Origin: Gaiellaceae bacterium
GTDB taxonomy: Bacteria; Actinomycetota; Thermoleophilia; Gaiellales; Gaiellaceae
NCBI GenBank assembly: GCA_035274625.1
Contig: DATENZ010000055.1
Location: 5 to 64,004 of the forward strand
DNA length: 64,000 bases
Direction of reading: 5' to 3'
Shown here: in pieces, positions 16,555 to 25,788 of the stretch
Position numbering within the stretch: the first letter of the stretch is position 1
Layout: each line of letters starts with the position of its first letter
Made by a program: the position numbers and the translations under genes
The notes under the pieces: model-generated
Told to the model about the DNA's origin: nothing
The model's database searches: none
Seen by the model: only the letters and a program-made list of their open reading frames with translations

Positions 16555-18222
16555 ATGGTTCGCGGCAGCACACTGTGGGGCGAGAGGGGCGGACGGGCGC
16601 GGATCCTCGCGCTGGCGGTCGCGGCGACGGCGCTCGCGCTGCTTGCCCCCGGCGTTGCGAGCTCCGCACCGAAGGGCGCAGCCATCCCGCAGCGGCTCCT
16701 CGACGCGGTCCAGGCGAACCCGGAAGGCACCTTCCCGGTGATCATCCAGGCCGCCTCCGGCGAGCAGAGCGAGAAGTTCGCCAGCAGGCTGAGCCGCGAG
16801 CTCGCCAAGGACCAGGGGCTGAAGACGGATCAGTCGCCGAACTTCGGCGGCAGGCTGCGCGCGTCGTTCGCCTCGATCAACGGCTTCGCAGTCGAGCTCA
16901 CCGGCAAGCAGATCCTCAAGCTGGCCACCAAGAGCGGCGTGCTGGCGATCGCGCCCGACTCGAGCGTGACGATGGCCGGCAACCCGCAGCGGTGGCCGGC
17001 TGCGGTCGGCGCCGACTGGTTCCTCCGCTCGAGCTTCTCGCGGGGAGGGCGGGCAGCGACGATCGCGATCGTCGATTCCGGGATCGACAAGGGCAGCAGC
17101 AGCATGCGGTCGCGCGTGATCAAGCACGTCGACATGGGCGGCGGCACGGGCGACTCGCGCGGTCACGGGACCTTCGTCGCCGGAGTCGCCGCCGGGAATG
17201 GGGCGTTCGAGGGCGTCGCTCCGGACGCGAAGCTCGTCTCGCTCGACGTCTTCGACGCCGAGGGTCGCGGGAAGACGAGCGACGTCATCCGCGCGGCCGA
17301 CTGGATCCTGAAGAACAAGGACGCGTACCGGATCCGCGTGGCGAACTTCTCCCTGCAGAGCGGCCAGCCGGGCAGCTTCCTCTACGACCCGCTCAACCGC
17401 GCCGTCGAGCGCCTCTGGCATGCGGGCGTCGTCGTCGTCGCGGCTGCGGGCAACTACGCGGACGGCGGGCAGCCGAGCGGCGTGCTCTTCGCGCCCGGCA
17501 ACGACCCGTTCGTGATCACGGTCGGCGCCGTCGACGTGAACGGGACCTCGGGCACCGCCGACGACACGAACGCCCCGTGGTCGGCGTACGGCTACACCCC
17601 CGACGGCTTCGCCAAGCCGGAGATCGCAGCTCCGGGCCGCTACATGATCGAGCAGGTTCCGCTCGGCTCCACCCTCCTCAGGGACTTTTCCCGCAACGTC
17701 TTCAACGCCCCGACCGGCCTGCTTCAGCTGTCCGGAACCTCCTTCAGCGCAGCCGTCGTCTCGGGGATGGCGGCGAACCTGCTCCGCGTGCACCCGGAGT
17801 GGACGCCGGATCAGGTCAAGGGCGAGCTGATGGTCTCGGCGGTTCCGCTCCCGTCTGCGATGCCGATGTCGGTCGGAGTGGGCGAAGTCAACCTCCGCCA
17901 CGCGCTCGCCTCGCCCCTCGCCTTCGCGAGCCCGCCCAACCCGAACGCGGCTCTCGAGCAGTTCCTCGTCTCGGATCCGGCAGGCGGTCCGCTGCCGGTC
18001 TTCGACGCGCAGAGGTGGATCCAAGTCGCGTCCTCGGACGCGTCGTGGAACTCCGCGTCGTGGTCGAGCGCGTCCTGGAACTCCGCCTCCTGGTCGAGCG
18101 CGGCGTGGAACTCCGCGTCGTGGTCGAGCGCGTCCTGGAACTCGGCCTCGTGGTCGAGCGCATCCTGGAGCTCCGCGTCCTGGAACAACAACGCCGACCT
18201 CGACGGGCGGGGCGAAGGCTGA
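16555..18222 (+). CDS. Secreted subtilisin-like (S8) serine protease with a C-terminal ASW-repeat tail
   Basis: Signal peptide; catalytic triad blocks IAIVDSGID, HGTFVAGVAAG, SGTSFSAAVVSG. Confidence 0.9.
   Translation: MVRGSTLWGERGGRARILALAVAATALALLAPGVASSAPKGAAIPQRLLDAVQANPEGTFPVIIQAASGEQSEKFASRLSRELAKDQGLKTDQSPNFGGRLRASFASINGFAVELTGKQILKLATKSGVLAIAPDSSVTMAGNPQRWPAAVGADWFLRSSFSRGGRAATIAIVDSGIDKGSSSMRSRVIKHVDMGGGTGDSRGHGTFVAGVAAGNGAFEGVAPDAKLVSLDVFDAEGRGKTSDVIRAADWILKNKDAYRIRVANFSLQSGQPGSFLYDPLNRAVERLWHAGVVVVAAAGNYADGGQPSGVLFAPGNDPFVITVGAVDVNGTSGTADDTNAPWSAYGYTPDGFAKPEIAAPGRYMIEQVPLGSTLLRDFSRNVFNAPTGLLQLSGTSFSAAVVSGMAANLLRVHPEWTPDQVKGELMVSAVPLPSAMPMSVGVGEVNLRHALASPLAFASPPNPNAALEQFLVSDPAGGPLPVFDAQRWIQVASSDASWNSASWSSASWNSASWSSAAWNSASWSSASWNSASWSSASWSSASWNNNADLDGRGEG
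18040..18189 (+). repeat. In-frame tandem repeat, 15 nt x10 (30-nt higher-order unit), encoding (ASW[NS]S)x10
   Basis: Peptide reads ASWNS ASWSS ASWNS ASWSS AAWNS ASWSS ASWNS ASWSS ASWSS ASWNN. DNA units are GCGTCGTGGAACTCC / GCGTCGTGGTCGAGC variants. Confidence 0.9.
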
Positions 18223-18223
18223 G

Positions 18224-20938
18224 ATGAGCACCCAGCCCGGCGAGCTCCGTCTCGGCGAGGCTGACGCGCGCCGGGCTTCGCCGCTGCCGCGCGCGGCGTG
18301 GATCTACTTCAACATCGTCCTGGCCGCGACGCTGGCGGCTGCGCTCCCGCTCGTCTCCGAGATCCACCGTCAGACGCGGGGCTGGACGGCGTTCCTCATC
18401 CTGTCCGCCTGCGCGGCGGTCGCGCAGCTGTTCGTCGTGCGCACGACGCGCGACCAGTCGTACCACACGTCCAGTGCGTTCCTCGTTGCCGGCGCGCTCC
18501 TGCTCCCGCCGGAGCTCGTCGTGCTGATGGGCGTCGTCCAGCACATCCCCGAGTGGCTCAAGCATCGTTACGCCTGGTACATCCAGACGTTCAACATCTG
18601 CAACTACAGCCTGAACGGGCTTGCGGCGTGGGGGGTGGCGCGGCTCGTGCTCGGGAAAGTGCCGGCCTGGGATCAGACCGGATTCCGCTCGGCCGCGGCG
18701 GGCTTCGCCGCATGCGTGGTGTTCGTCGTCCTCAACCACGCGCTGATGGTCGTGATGCTCTACCTCGCCCGTGGACACCACCCGCGCGAGACCGGGCTGT
18801 TCTCGGTCCCGATGCTCTCGACCGAGTTCGTGCTCGCCGCGCTCGGCATCGGCGTTGCCGCGCTCTGGGGCCTGAACGGCTGGCTGATCGCGTTCGCGGT
18901 CGCACCGCTCCTGCTCATCCACCGCTCGCTCCACGTCCCGCGGCTCGAGGAGCAGGCGCGCATCGATCCGAAGACGGGCCTCTTCAATGCGCGGCACTTC
19001 TCCGCGGCCCTGATCGAGGAGCTCGCGCGCGCGAAGCGCTTCCAGCGGCCGGCCGGGCTGATCATGGCCGACCTCGACCTCCTGCGCGAGATCAACAACA
19101 ACCACGGCCACCTCGTCGGCGACGAGGTGCTCGCCGGGGTGGCGGCGATCTTCCGCGAGCAGCTCCGCCACTACGACGTGCCGGCCCGGTTCGGCGGCGA
19201 GGAGTTCGCGATCCTGCTGCCGGAGACCTCTCTCGACCAGGCGCTGGAGATCGCGGAACGGATCCGTCAGGCCGTCGCCGACCGCCGCTTCGACGTTGTG
19301 ACCACGAGCGAGCCCGTTCGCGTGACGGTGTCGATGGGAGTCGCGTGCTTCCCGGAGGACGGAGACGACCCGAACGAGCTGCTCCACCAGGCCGATCTCG
19401 CGGTGTACCGCGCGAAGCTCCAGGGCCGGAACCGCGTGCTGGCCGCCGGCGAGGAGCAGGCGCTGGTGCGGTCGGATCGGGCTCCACGCCTCGTTGCGCT
19501 CCCGGAGGAAGAGGAGCTTCGCCCTGGCGCGGATCGCCGGCGCCGGCAGGTCGCGGTCTCCGTCGAGCGGCGCAAGTCGCCGCGGGCTGCGCGGGGGCCG
19601 CGGCTCTTCGCCCTCTACGGCCGGCTCACCGCTCTCGTCGCGCTCGTCGCGGCGCTGGGCGTCGGGGCCGGAGTGGCAGGCCTCATCCTCGGGCGATCGA
19701 CGGACGTGCTCGGGATCGCAGCCGTCACCGCCCTCGTCGGCGTCGGCCAGGCGCTCGCGGTCGAGTTCGAAGACGGGTCGATCTCCGTCGGGGCCGTGGG
19801 GGCGCTCACCGGTGCCGCGCTGTTCGACGTTCGCAGTGCGCTCGCGATCGCGCTCGTCTCCGTCGCGGTCGACTGGAGCTCGCGGCGCACGCCGCTCCAC
19901 CGCACCCTGTTCAACGCCGGCACGCTCTCGCTCGCGGCGGTCGCCGCAGCAGGTGTCTTCAGCGCTGCGCGGGCCGCCGGCTTCGGTCGTCCGTTCCTCG
20001 CCGCGACCGGAGTTGCCGCCGCCTTTGCCTACTACCTCGTCAACATGGGGCTCGTCAGCGTCGCCGTCGGGGTCGAGGGGCGCAGGAGCCCGATGCGGAT
20101 CTGGGCCGAGCGCTTCGCGTGGCTCGTCCCGCACTATGCGGCGTTCGGCTTCGTCGCGGGCGTGCTCGCGATCGCGTACGACTCGGTCGGGCTGTTCGCC
20201 TTCGCGGTCGCGATCCTCCCGCTGCTGCTCATGCGCAAGACGCAGGCCGCCTATCTCGCGCACACGGAGCGAAGCTCGAATCAGCTGCGGGAGGCGGCCG
20301 AGACGATCAGGACGCAGAACATCTCGCTGGAGCGGGCGAACCGCCTCCTCCGCGAGCGCTCGACCGCGGCGATGGAGAGCCTCTCCGCGACGGTCGACGC
20401 CCGCGACGCGTACACCGCCGGGCACTCTCGCCGGGTCCAGGACCTGGCGCTCGCGATCGGGCGCGAGCTCGCGCTCTCGGAACCCGAGCTCGACCTCCTC
20501 GGGCACGCGGCGCTCTTCCACGACATCGGCAAGCTGGCGATCCCGGACGCGATCCTGATGAAGCCCGCGCGCCTCGACACCGAGGAGTGGCGCCTGATGC
20601 GCGGCCACGCCGACGAGGGCGCCCGCATCATCGACCGCCTCGGCTTCCTCGCCGACGCCGTACCCGCGATCCGGCACCACCACGAGCGCTTCGACGGCTG
20701 CGGCTACCCCGACCGCCTGCGCGGCGAGGAGATCCCGCTCGGCGCGCGGATCATCCACGTCGCCGATGCCCTCGACTCGATGCTGACGTCGCGCATCTAC
20801 CGGCCGGCGCTGACCGCGGACGAGGCCCTCGAAGAGCTCCGCCGCGGTGCGGGGACGCAGTTCTGCCCGCGCTGCGTGCAGGCGCTCGTCAGCGCGCTGC
20901 GGCCGGTCGAGCCGGCCGAAGTAACGATCGCGTCCTAG
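18224..20938 (+). CDS. Membrane-bound GGDEF diguanylate cyclase / HD-GYP phosphodiesterase fusion
   Basis: N-terminal multi-TM block. GGDEF domain with an RHYD I-site 5 residues before GGEEF. A second multi-TM block follows, then HD-GYP (LFHDIGK, HHERFDGCGYP). The ATG is 1 nt after the S8 stop. Confidence 0.9.
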   Translation: MSTQPGELRLGEADARRASPLPRAAWIYFNIVLAATLAAALPLVSEIHRQTRGWTAFLILSACAAVAQLFVVRTTRDQSYHTSSAFLVAGALLLPPELVVLMGVVQHIPEWLKHRYAWYIQTFNICNYSLNGLAAWGVARLVLGKVPAWDQTGFRSAAAGFAACVVFVVLNHALMVVMLYLARGHHPRETGLFSVPMLSTEFVLAALGIGVAALWGLNGWLIAFAVAPLLLIHRSLHVPRLEEQARIDPKTGLFNARHFSAALIEELARAKRFQRPAGLIMADLDLLREINNNHGHLVGDEVLAGVAAIFREQLRHYDVPARFGGEEFAILLPETSLDQALEIAERIRQAVADRRFDVVTTSEPVRVTVSMGVACFPEDGDDPNELLHQADLAVYRAKLQGRNRVLAAGEEQALVRSDRAPRLVALPEEEELRPGADRRRRQVAVSVERRKSPRAARGPRLFALYGRLTALVALVAALGVGAGVAGLILGRSTDVLGIAAVTALVGVGQALAVEFEDGSISVGAVGALTGAALFDVRSALAIALVSVAVDWSSRRTPLHRTLFNAGTLSLAAVAAAGVFSAARAAGFGRPFLAATGVAAAFAYYLVNMGLVSVAVGVEGRRSPMRIWAERFAWLVPHYAAFGFVAGVLAIAYDSVGLFAFAVAILPLLLMRKTQAAYLAHTERSSNQLREAAETIRTQNISLERANRLLRERSTAAMESLSATVDARDAYTAGHSRRVQDLALAIGRELALSEPELDLLGHAALFHDIGKLAIPDAILMKPARLDTEEWRLMRGHADEGARIIDRLGFLADAVPAIRHHHERFDGCGYPDRLRGEEIPLGARIIHVADALDSMLTSRIYRPALTADEALEELRRGAGTQFCPRCVQALVSALRPVEPAEVTIAS

Positions 20939-21002
20939 GATCAGCTCGCCCAAGGCGGCGTTGCACGCCGTCCAGCTTGCTCGGCACGGTTTGAGCAGGT
21001 CG

Positions 21003-21030
21003 TTGCAAATCGACCAACACGCTCTATTGT
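21003..21030 (+). promoter_or_regulatory. Sigma-70-like promoter TTGCAA-N16-TATTGT
   Basis: Lies in an unusually AT-rich stretch. The -10 ends 10 nt before the ATG at 21041, implying a leaderless or nearly leaderless mRNA. Confidence 0.45.
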
Positions 21031-21040
21031 TTTTGCCAGG

Positions 21041-21724
21041 ATGCCCCGCAAGCGACCGTACCGCGCGATCACGAGCATCGACCCGGCCGATCTGGCCGCC
21101 TTCCAGGCCGAGATGCGCCGGCGCTACACGGACGAGGAGATCCTCGAGGAGCTCAGAGCGTCCTCGGAGCGCCTCGGCCGTTCGCCGACGATGCGGGAGT
21201 TCGCCGACGACCCGGAGACGAGGGTGCACCCGCAGACGGTCATCGAGCACTTCGGCAGCTGGAACAAGGCGAAGCGGCTCGCCGGCCTCGTCCCGCGACG
21301 CTTCGCGACCCGCGAGGAGCTCCTCGGCCTGCTCCAGGAGCTCGGCCGGCGGCTCGGGCGCGTGCCGACCGCGAAGGACGTCGACGCGAACCGCGCCTGG
21401 ATGCCGTCGAAGTCGCTCTACTGGCACACGTTCGGCTCGCTCACGAACGCGCTCCGCGAGGCGGGCTTCGACGTGCCGGTGGGGGAGGAGCGGCTGGAGC
21501 GTGCGATCGAGCAGGGCGCGCAGCTGGCCAGGCGCCTGGGCCGGCTGCCGAAGTTCGCAGACTGGGCGGACGCGCGCCGCGAGGATCCGGCGCTCCTGAC
21601 TGAGTGGCAGGTCTACCGCATGTTCGACGCTCGCCGCGGGGCGTGGTCGACCTTCCAGTACCTCGTGCGCGCGCGGTTGCTCGAGGAGGGCGCTCAGGTC
21701 GGCCGCGACGGCAGCGTGGAGTGA
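21041..21724 (+). CDS. Homing-endonuclease-associated-repeat (HNH_repeat-like) protein without a nuclease domain
   Basis: Three ~60-aa repeats of the type EE.L..L....LGR.PT..(E/D)F......P....(FGSW)..A...AG (FGSWNKAKRLAGL, FGSLTNALREAGF, and a degenerate third). Confidence 0.65.
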   Translation: MPRKRPYRAITSIDPADLAAFQAEMRRRYTDEEILEELRASSERLGRSPTMREFADDPETRVHPQTVIEHFGSWNKAKRLAGLVPRRFATREELLGLLQELGRRLGRVPTAKDVDANRAWMPSKSLYWHTFGSLTNALREAGFDVPVGEERLERAIEQGAQLARRLGRLPKFADWADARREDPALLTEWQVYRMFDARRGAWSTFQYLVRARLLEEGAQVGRDGSVE

Positions 21725-22545
21725 CCGACAATGTCCTCGTCCCGGCCGACGTCGCGGCCTACTACGAGGCGAACGTCGAGGCCGATCGCCTCGCCGCCGG
21801 GACCGGCGCGCTCGAGTTCGAGCGGACGAAGGAGATCGTGTCGCGGTTTCTGCCGGCACAGGCGATGGTCGTGGACGTCGGCGGCGGCACGGGCCGGTAC
21901 GCGGAGTGGCTGGCGGAGACCGGTCGTCGGGTCGAGCTCGTGGAGCCGGTGCCGCTGCACGTCAAGCTCGCCCGCGAGCGTGCCGCTGACCCACCGCGGT
22001 TCGGCGTGCAGCTCGGGGAAGCTCGCGCTCTGCCGTTCCCGGAGGGCTCGTGCGACGGTGTGCTGCTGCTCGGGCCGCTCTACCACCTCGGAGAAGAGCG
22101 CGATCGCGTGGACGTCCTTCGAGAGGCTGCGCGGATCTGTCGCGCCGGCGGGGTGGTCTTCGCCGCCGCCATCTCACGGCTCGCGCCGCTGCTCGACATG
22201 GTCGGGCGAGGGAGCATCGGGAGCGCAGAGATCTTCGCGAACGTGCAGGCAGAGACGGTGACCGGACGTCGCGTGGGCGCTGATCGCCGCCGGTCGCCGT
22301 TCCCGGATGCCTACTTCCACCTGCCCGGGGAGCTCGAAGCGGAGCTCCGCGCCGCGGGCCTACGCGTCGAAGGGGTCTTCGGCGTCGAAGGGCCGGGATG
22401 GTTGCTCCCGGGGCTGGCAGCGGAGTGGGGGCAGGAGGAGGTGCGCGAGCGCGTCCTCGCAGCTGCGAGAGCGTTCGAGTCGGAGCCGCACCTCATCGGC
22501 GTCAGCGCCCACCTGCTCGGCGTCGCGACGAAGCCGCGAGGCTAG
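21721..22545 (+). CDS. Class I SAM-dependent methyltransferase
   Basis: Motif I VVDVGGGTGRYA and an acidic loop VELVEP. The GTG overlaps the upstream stop (GTGA). Confidence 0.8.
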   Translation: MTDNVLVPADVAAYYEANVEADRLAAGTGALEFERTKEIVSRFLPAQAMVVDVGGGTGRYAEWLAETGRRVELVEPVPLHVKLARERAADPPRFGVQLGEARALPFPEGSCDGVLLLGPLYHLGEERDRVDVLREAARICRAGGVVFAAAISRLAPLLDMVGRGSIGSAEIFANVQAETVTGRRVGADRRRSPFPDAYFHLPGELEAELRAAGLRVEGVFGVEGPGWLLPGLAAEWGQEEVRERVLAAARAFESEPHLIGVSAHLLGVATKPRG

Positions 22546-23333
22546 GCAGCCGCCGCCAGCGCCGCGAGGCGCTGGAGGCAGAACGCGCCCTCGTGCGGCG
22601 CCCGCACGGCGGGCAGTGGGTCGGGCTCGTAGCTCAGGTCGGGCGTGAAGCGCTGGCGGCGCGCGACCCGTGCGCCGGCGACCTCGAGCAGCGTTCCCTC
22701 GTCGATCTCCCGCTTGCGCAGCCGGACGCCCGTGTAGCGCTCGGCGATCTCGAGCGCGCGCTCGGTGGAGGCGAAGAAGAGCTCGCGGCGCGTCGTGCCG
22801 ATCCAGAGGGGCCGGCCGACGCCGCGCGCGAGGTACAGGAGCTCGGGGCGGCGTTCGTCGAGCCAGGCGGCTGCCATCGAGCCGCGGAACGCCTCGAAGC
22901 CGACGGCGTCGCTATCGGTCGCTTCGGCCACCGCGAAGATCACCTCGGAGTCGACGGTCATGCCGGGCTCCGCGCGCTCGAAGCCGAACTCGGCCATCAG
23001 CTCGTCGTCGTTCGCGATTTTCCCGTTGTGGATGCCGACGACGGCGCCGTGGCGGACGGGATGGTTGTTCGCGTTGATGCGGGGGTGGCCTTTCGTGTAA
23101 TCGCGCACGTGCAGCAGGGCCTGGCGCGCGTCGGTGGGGATCGCGATGTGGTCCAGCACCGCGCTCGCGCCGCTACGCTGCTTCTCGACGCGGATCTCGT
23201 GGTCGCCTGTGCGATAGGCGTACCCGACCGCGTCCGCCCCCCGTTCGGCGATCGCGGCGAGCAGCGCCTGGGCGGCGCGCGTCCGGTCGACGTCGCTCGA
23301 CCGGCCAAGGCTGTATCCGGCGACCCCGCACAT
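22542..23333 (-). CDS. Class II (Ntn) glutamine amidotransferase domain protein
   Basis: Starts MCG (nucleophile Cys2); HVRDYTKG...NNHP...HNGKI...DSEV blocks. Convergent 4-nt overlap with the methyltransferase. Confidence 0.75.
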   Translation of the reverse strand: MCGVAGYSLGRSSDVDRTRAAQALLAAIAERGADAVGYAYRTGDHEIRVEKQRSGASAVLDHIAIPTDARQALLHVRDYTKGHPRINANNHPVRHGAVVGIHNGKIANDDELMAEFGFERAEPGMTVDSEVIFAVAEATDSDAVGFEAFRGSMAAAWLDERRPELLYLARGVGRPLWIGTTRRELFFASTERALEIAERYTGVRLRKREIDEGTLLEVAGARVARRQRFTPDLSYEPDPLPAVRAPHEGAFCLQRLAALAAAA

Positions 23334-23405
23334 GGCTTCTTCTCATGGTAGAGCGGTCTGGGGAGATTCCAAGGTGGCGGTCTGCGTCACCCGTCTCAGA
23401 CGAGT

Positions 23406-23429
23406 GTCACTCGTTCAGGTCACTCGTTC
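23406..23429 (+). promoter_or_regulatory. Direct repeat GTCACTCGTTC x2 (13-nt phasing) upstream of the sigma-factor gene
   Basis: GTCACTCGTTCAGGTCACTCGTTC, 43 nt upstream of the GTG at 23472. An adjacent small palindrome CGTCTCAGACG is present. Confidence 0.3.
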
Positions 23430-23471
23430 GAGGCATGCCTGCGGCGCGCACCCGTTGCCGATACCAGGCAG

Positions 23472-24437
23472 GTGAGCGAAGAGCGAATCGCGGACGAGGC
23501 TGCGCCGGAAACGGACGCGGAGGAGCAGCCGAAGCTCGAGCTCGTCCCGGCCCTGGACGAGCCTGAGGCAGAGGAGGCCGATGAGCGCGCAGATGCGCTC
23601 GACGAGCCAGCCCCGACGCAGGACCCGCTCAAGCTCTACGTCCGCCAGATCGGCAACGGACGCCTCCTGACCGCCGCCGAGGAGCGTGAGCTCGCGCAGC
23701 GCAAGGACGAGGGCGACGAGGAGGCGAAGAAGCGCCTGATCGAGGCGAACCTGCGCCTCGTCATGTCGATCACCAGGAACTACACGAAGGCCGGCGTCCC
23801 GCTGCTCGACCTGATCCAGGAGGGCAACCTCGGCCTGATCCGCGCCGTCGAGAAGTTCGACTGGCGCATGGGCTACAAGCTCTCCACCTACGCGACGTGG
23901 TGGATCCGGCAGGCAGTGACGCGCGCGCTCGCCGATCAGGGGCGCACGATCCGGCTTCCGGTGCACGTCGCCGACCAGGTCCGGCGCGTGATGCGGGCGC
24001 GGCGCCTCCTCTCCCAGAAGCTGAACCGCGAGCCGACGCTGAAGGAGCTCGCGAAGGAGTCCGGTTTCCCGGATACCAAGGTTCGCGACCTGCTCGAGCT
24101 GATCGAGGACCCGATCAGCCTCGAGACGCCGGTCGGCGACGGCGAGAGCATCTACGGCGACCTGATCGAGGACGAGAACGCCGACCTGCCTGAGGACACG
24201 ACCGCCGAGAAGATGCGCTCGAGCGAGCTCACGAACGCGCTCGCCCAGCTGAGCCCGCGGATGCGGCTCGTGATCGCGCGCCGGTTCGGCCTGGACGGCC
24301 AGGCGCCGCGGACGCTGGAGCAGGTCGGAGTCGAGCTCGGCATCACCCGCGAGCGGGTGCGTCAGCTCGAGTCGCGGGCGTTACGAGAGCTGCGGAGCCA
24401 GGCGCCCGAGCTCTATCTGTATCTCCGCACCGCCTAG
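23472..24437 (+). CDS. RNA polymerase sigma-70 family factor (group 1/2-like)
   Basis: Acidic N-terminus; regions 1.2-2.4 ([41 protein letters not shown]), region 3 and region 4.2 ([19 protein letters not shown]). Confidence 0.9.
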   Translation: MSEERIADEAAPETDAEEQPKLELVPALDEPEAEEADERADALDEPAPTQDPLKLYVRQIGNGRLLTAAEERELAQRKDEGDEEAKKRLIEANLRLVMSITRNYTKAGVPLLDLIQEGNLGLIRAVEKFDWRMGYKLSTYATWWIRQAVTRALADQGRTIRLPVHVADQVRRVMRARRLLSQKLNREPTLKELAKESGFPDTKVRDLLELIEDPISLETPVGDGESIYGDLIEDENADLPEDTTAEKMRSSELTNALAQLSPRMRLVIARRFGLDGQAPRTLEQVGVELGITRERVRQLESRALRELRSQAPELYLYLRTA

Positions 24438-24441
24438 CGCG

Positions 24442-25506
24442 CTAGTGCGCGACCGCTTCGATCTCGCGCAGTGACGCGAGTCGGCGGAGTGCTTCGACCT
24501 CGATCTGCCGGACGCGCTCGCGGGTGAGGCCGAGGCGGCGGCCGATCTCCTCGAGCGTCTTCGGCTCGTAGTCGGCGAGGCCGTAGCGGAGGACGAGCAC
24601 CTCGCGCTCGCGGTCGCCGAGCGCCCGAAGCGCGGCGGCGAGCGCCTGGCTGCGCAGCGAAAGCTCGACCTCTTCCTCCGGCAGCATCCCGTCGCCGGCG
24701 ACGAAGTCGCCCAGGACCGCGTCCTCCTGGTCGCCGACGGGCTGGTCGAGGCTCGTGGCCGCACGCGCCGCGGCGCGCACCTCGCGCGCCTGCTGGAGCG
24801 GCAGGCTCGCCTCCTCGGCGATCTCCTCGAGCGAAGGCTCCCGTCCGAGCTGCGTCCACAGGTGGCGCTCCGCCCGGTTCATCTTCTGGAGCCGCTCCAC
24901 GATGTGGACGGGCATCCGGATCGTCCGCGCCTTGTCGGCGAGCGCCCGCGCGACGGCCTGACGGATCCACCAGGTGGCGTACGTGGAGAACTTGTAGCCG
25001 CGCCGCCAGTCGAACTTCTCGACCGCGCGGATCAGGCCGAGCGTCCCCTCCTGGATCAGATCGAGGAACGGCAGACCCTGGTTGCGGTAGTTCTTCGCGA
25101 TCGAGACGACCAGGCGCAGGTTGGACTGGATCATCTGCGTCTTCGCCTGCATGTCCCCGCGCTCGATCTTCTTCGCGAGCTCGACCTCCTGCGCCGCGGT
25201 CAGCAGCGGGTGCCGGCCGGTCTCGCGAAGGAAGAGCTGGAGTGCGTCGGTCGTCGACTCGAGCGGCGCCGTGACCGGCGGCGGGGGAGGCGCTTCCTGG
25301 TCTCCGTCCTCGACCACCTCGATTCCGCGCTCCTCCAGCATGCGGTAGATCGCATCGACCTCGAGGGGCTCGAGCCCGTGCGGCTCGAGCGCTTCGCTGA
25401 GCTCCGAGGTCCGGACCGAGCCCGCGAGCTCGGCTGCTTCGAGCAGCTGTTGCAGCTCTTCGGTCTGAACGACGCTGTCGATCGCGGCTATCGGCGCTTC
25501 CATCAT
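24442..25506 (-). CDS. RNA polymerase sigma-70 family factor (group 1/2-like), paralogue of the convergent neighbour
   Basis: Same region 2-4 blocks ([58 protein letters not shown]). ATG at 25506 (MMEAPIA). Confidence 0.9.
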   Translation of the reverse strand: MMEAPIAAIDSVVQTEELQQLLEAAELAGSVRTSELSEALEPHGLEPLEVDAIYRMLEERGIEVVEDGDQEAPPPPPVTAPLESTTDALQLFLRETGRHPLLTAAQEVELAKKIERGDMQAKTQMIQSNLRLVVSIAKNYRNQGLPFLDLIQEGTLGLIRAVEKFDWRRGYKFSTYATWWIRQAVARALADKARTIRMPVHIVERLQKMNRAERHLWTQLGREPSLEEIAEEASLPLQQAREVRAAARAATSLDQPVGDQEDAVLGDFVAGDGMLPEEEVELSLRSQALAAALRALGDREREVLVLRYGLADYEPKTLEEIGRRLGLTRERVRQIEVEALRRLASLREIEAVAH

Positions 25507-25788
25507 TTCGGGTACGTACCGGCGTACCCGCCCCCGCGGGCGATTCAAACACGTTCGCGGAGGAAAGTCGAGCCTGAGCGCGTCGATCGGCCGCGCACGA
25601 TAACGCGTGTTTCGTCAAGTTGAGGTCTGCGTAGAGCCGGCCTCGCAAATTGCGCGCTTTTCCTTCGCCTCCCCTCTTGCAGTCCGCAGGGGCCCCGTCT
25701 AGATTGCCGCTTGCGCCGAGCACGGAGCGCGAGTAGGTCGAAGCCCAGTCGGGCGGCAGTACGCGGAAGCGGAAGGTCGGTCGACTAG

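Noticed and set aside
18040-18189. Regular short repeats that might suggest a CRISPR array
   Set aside because: The units are 15 nt with no spacers, are in frame within the S8 protease ORF, and encode a pentapeptide repeat.
17888-21859. 1323-aa minus-strand ORF, the longest in the track
   Set aside because: It runs antisense to the S8 tail, the GGDEF/HD-GYP gene and the HNH-repeat gene. It is extremely Arg/Pro/Glu-rich with no recognisable domain. This is a typical open antisense frame in 70% GC DNA.
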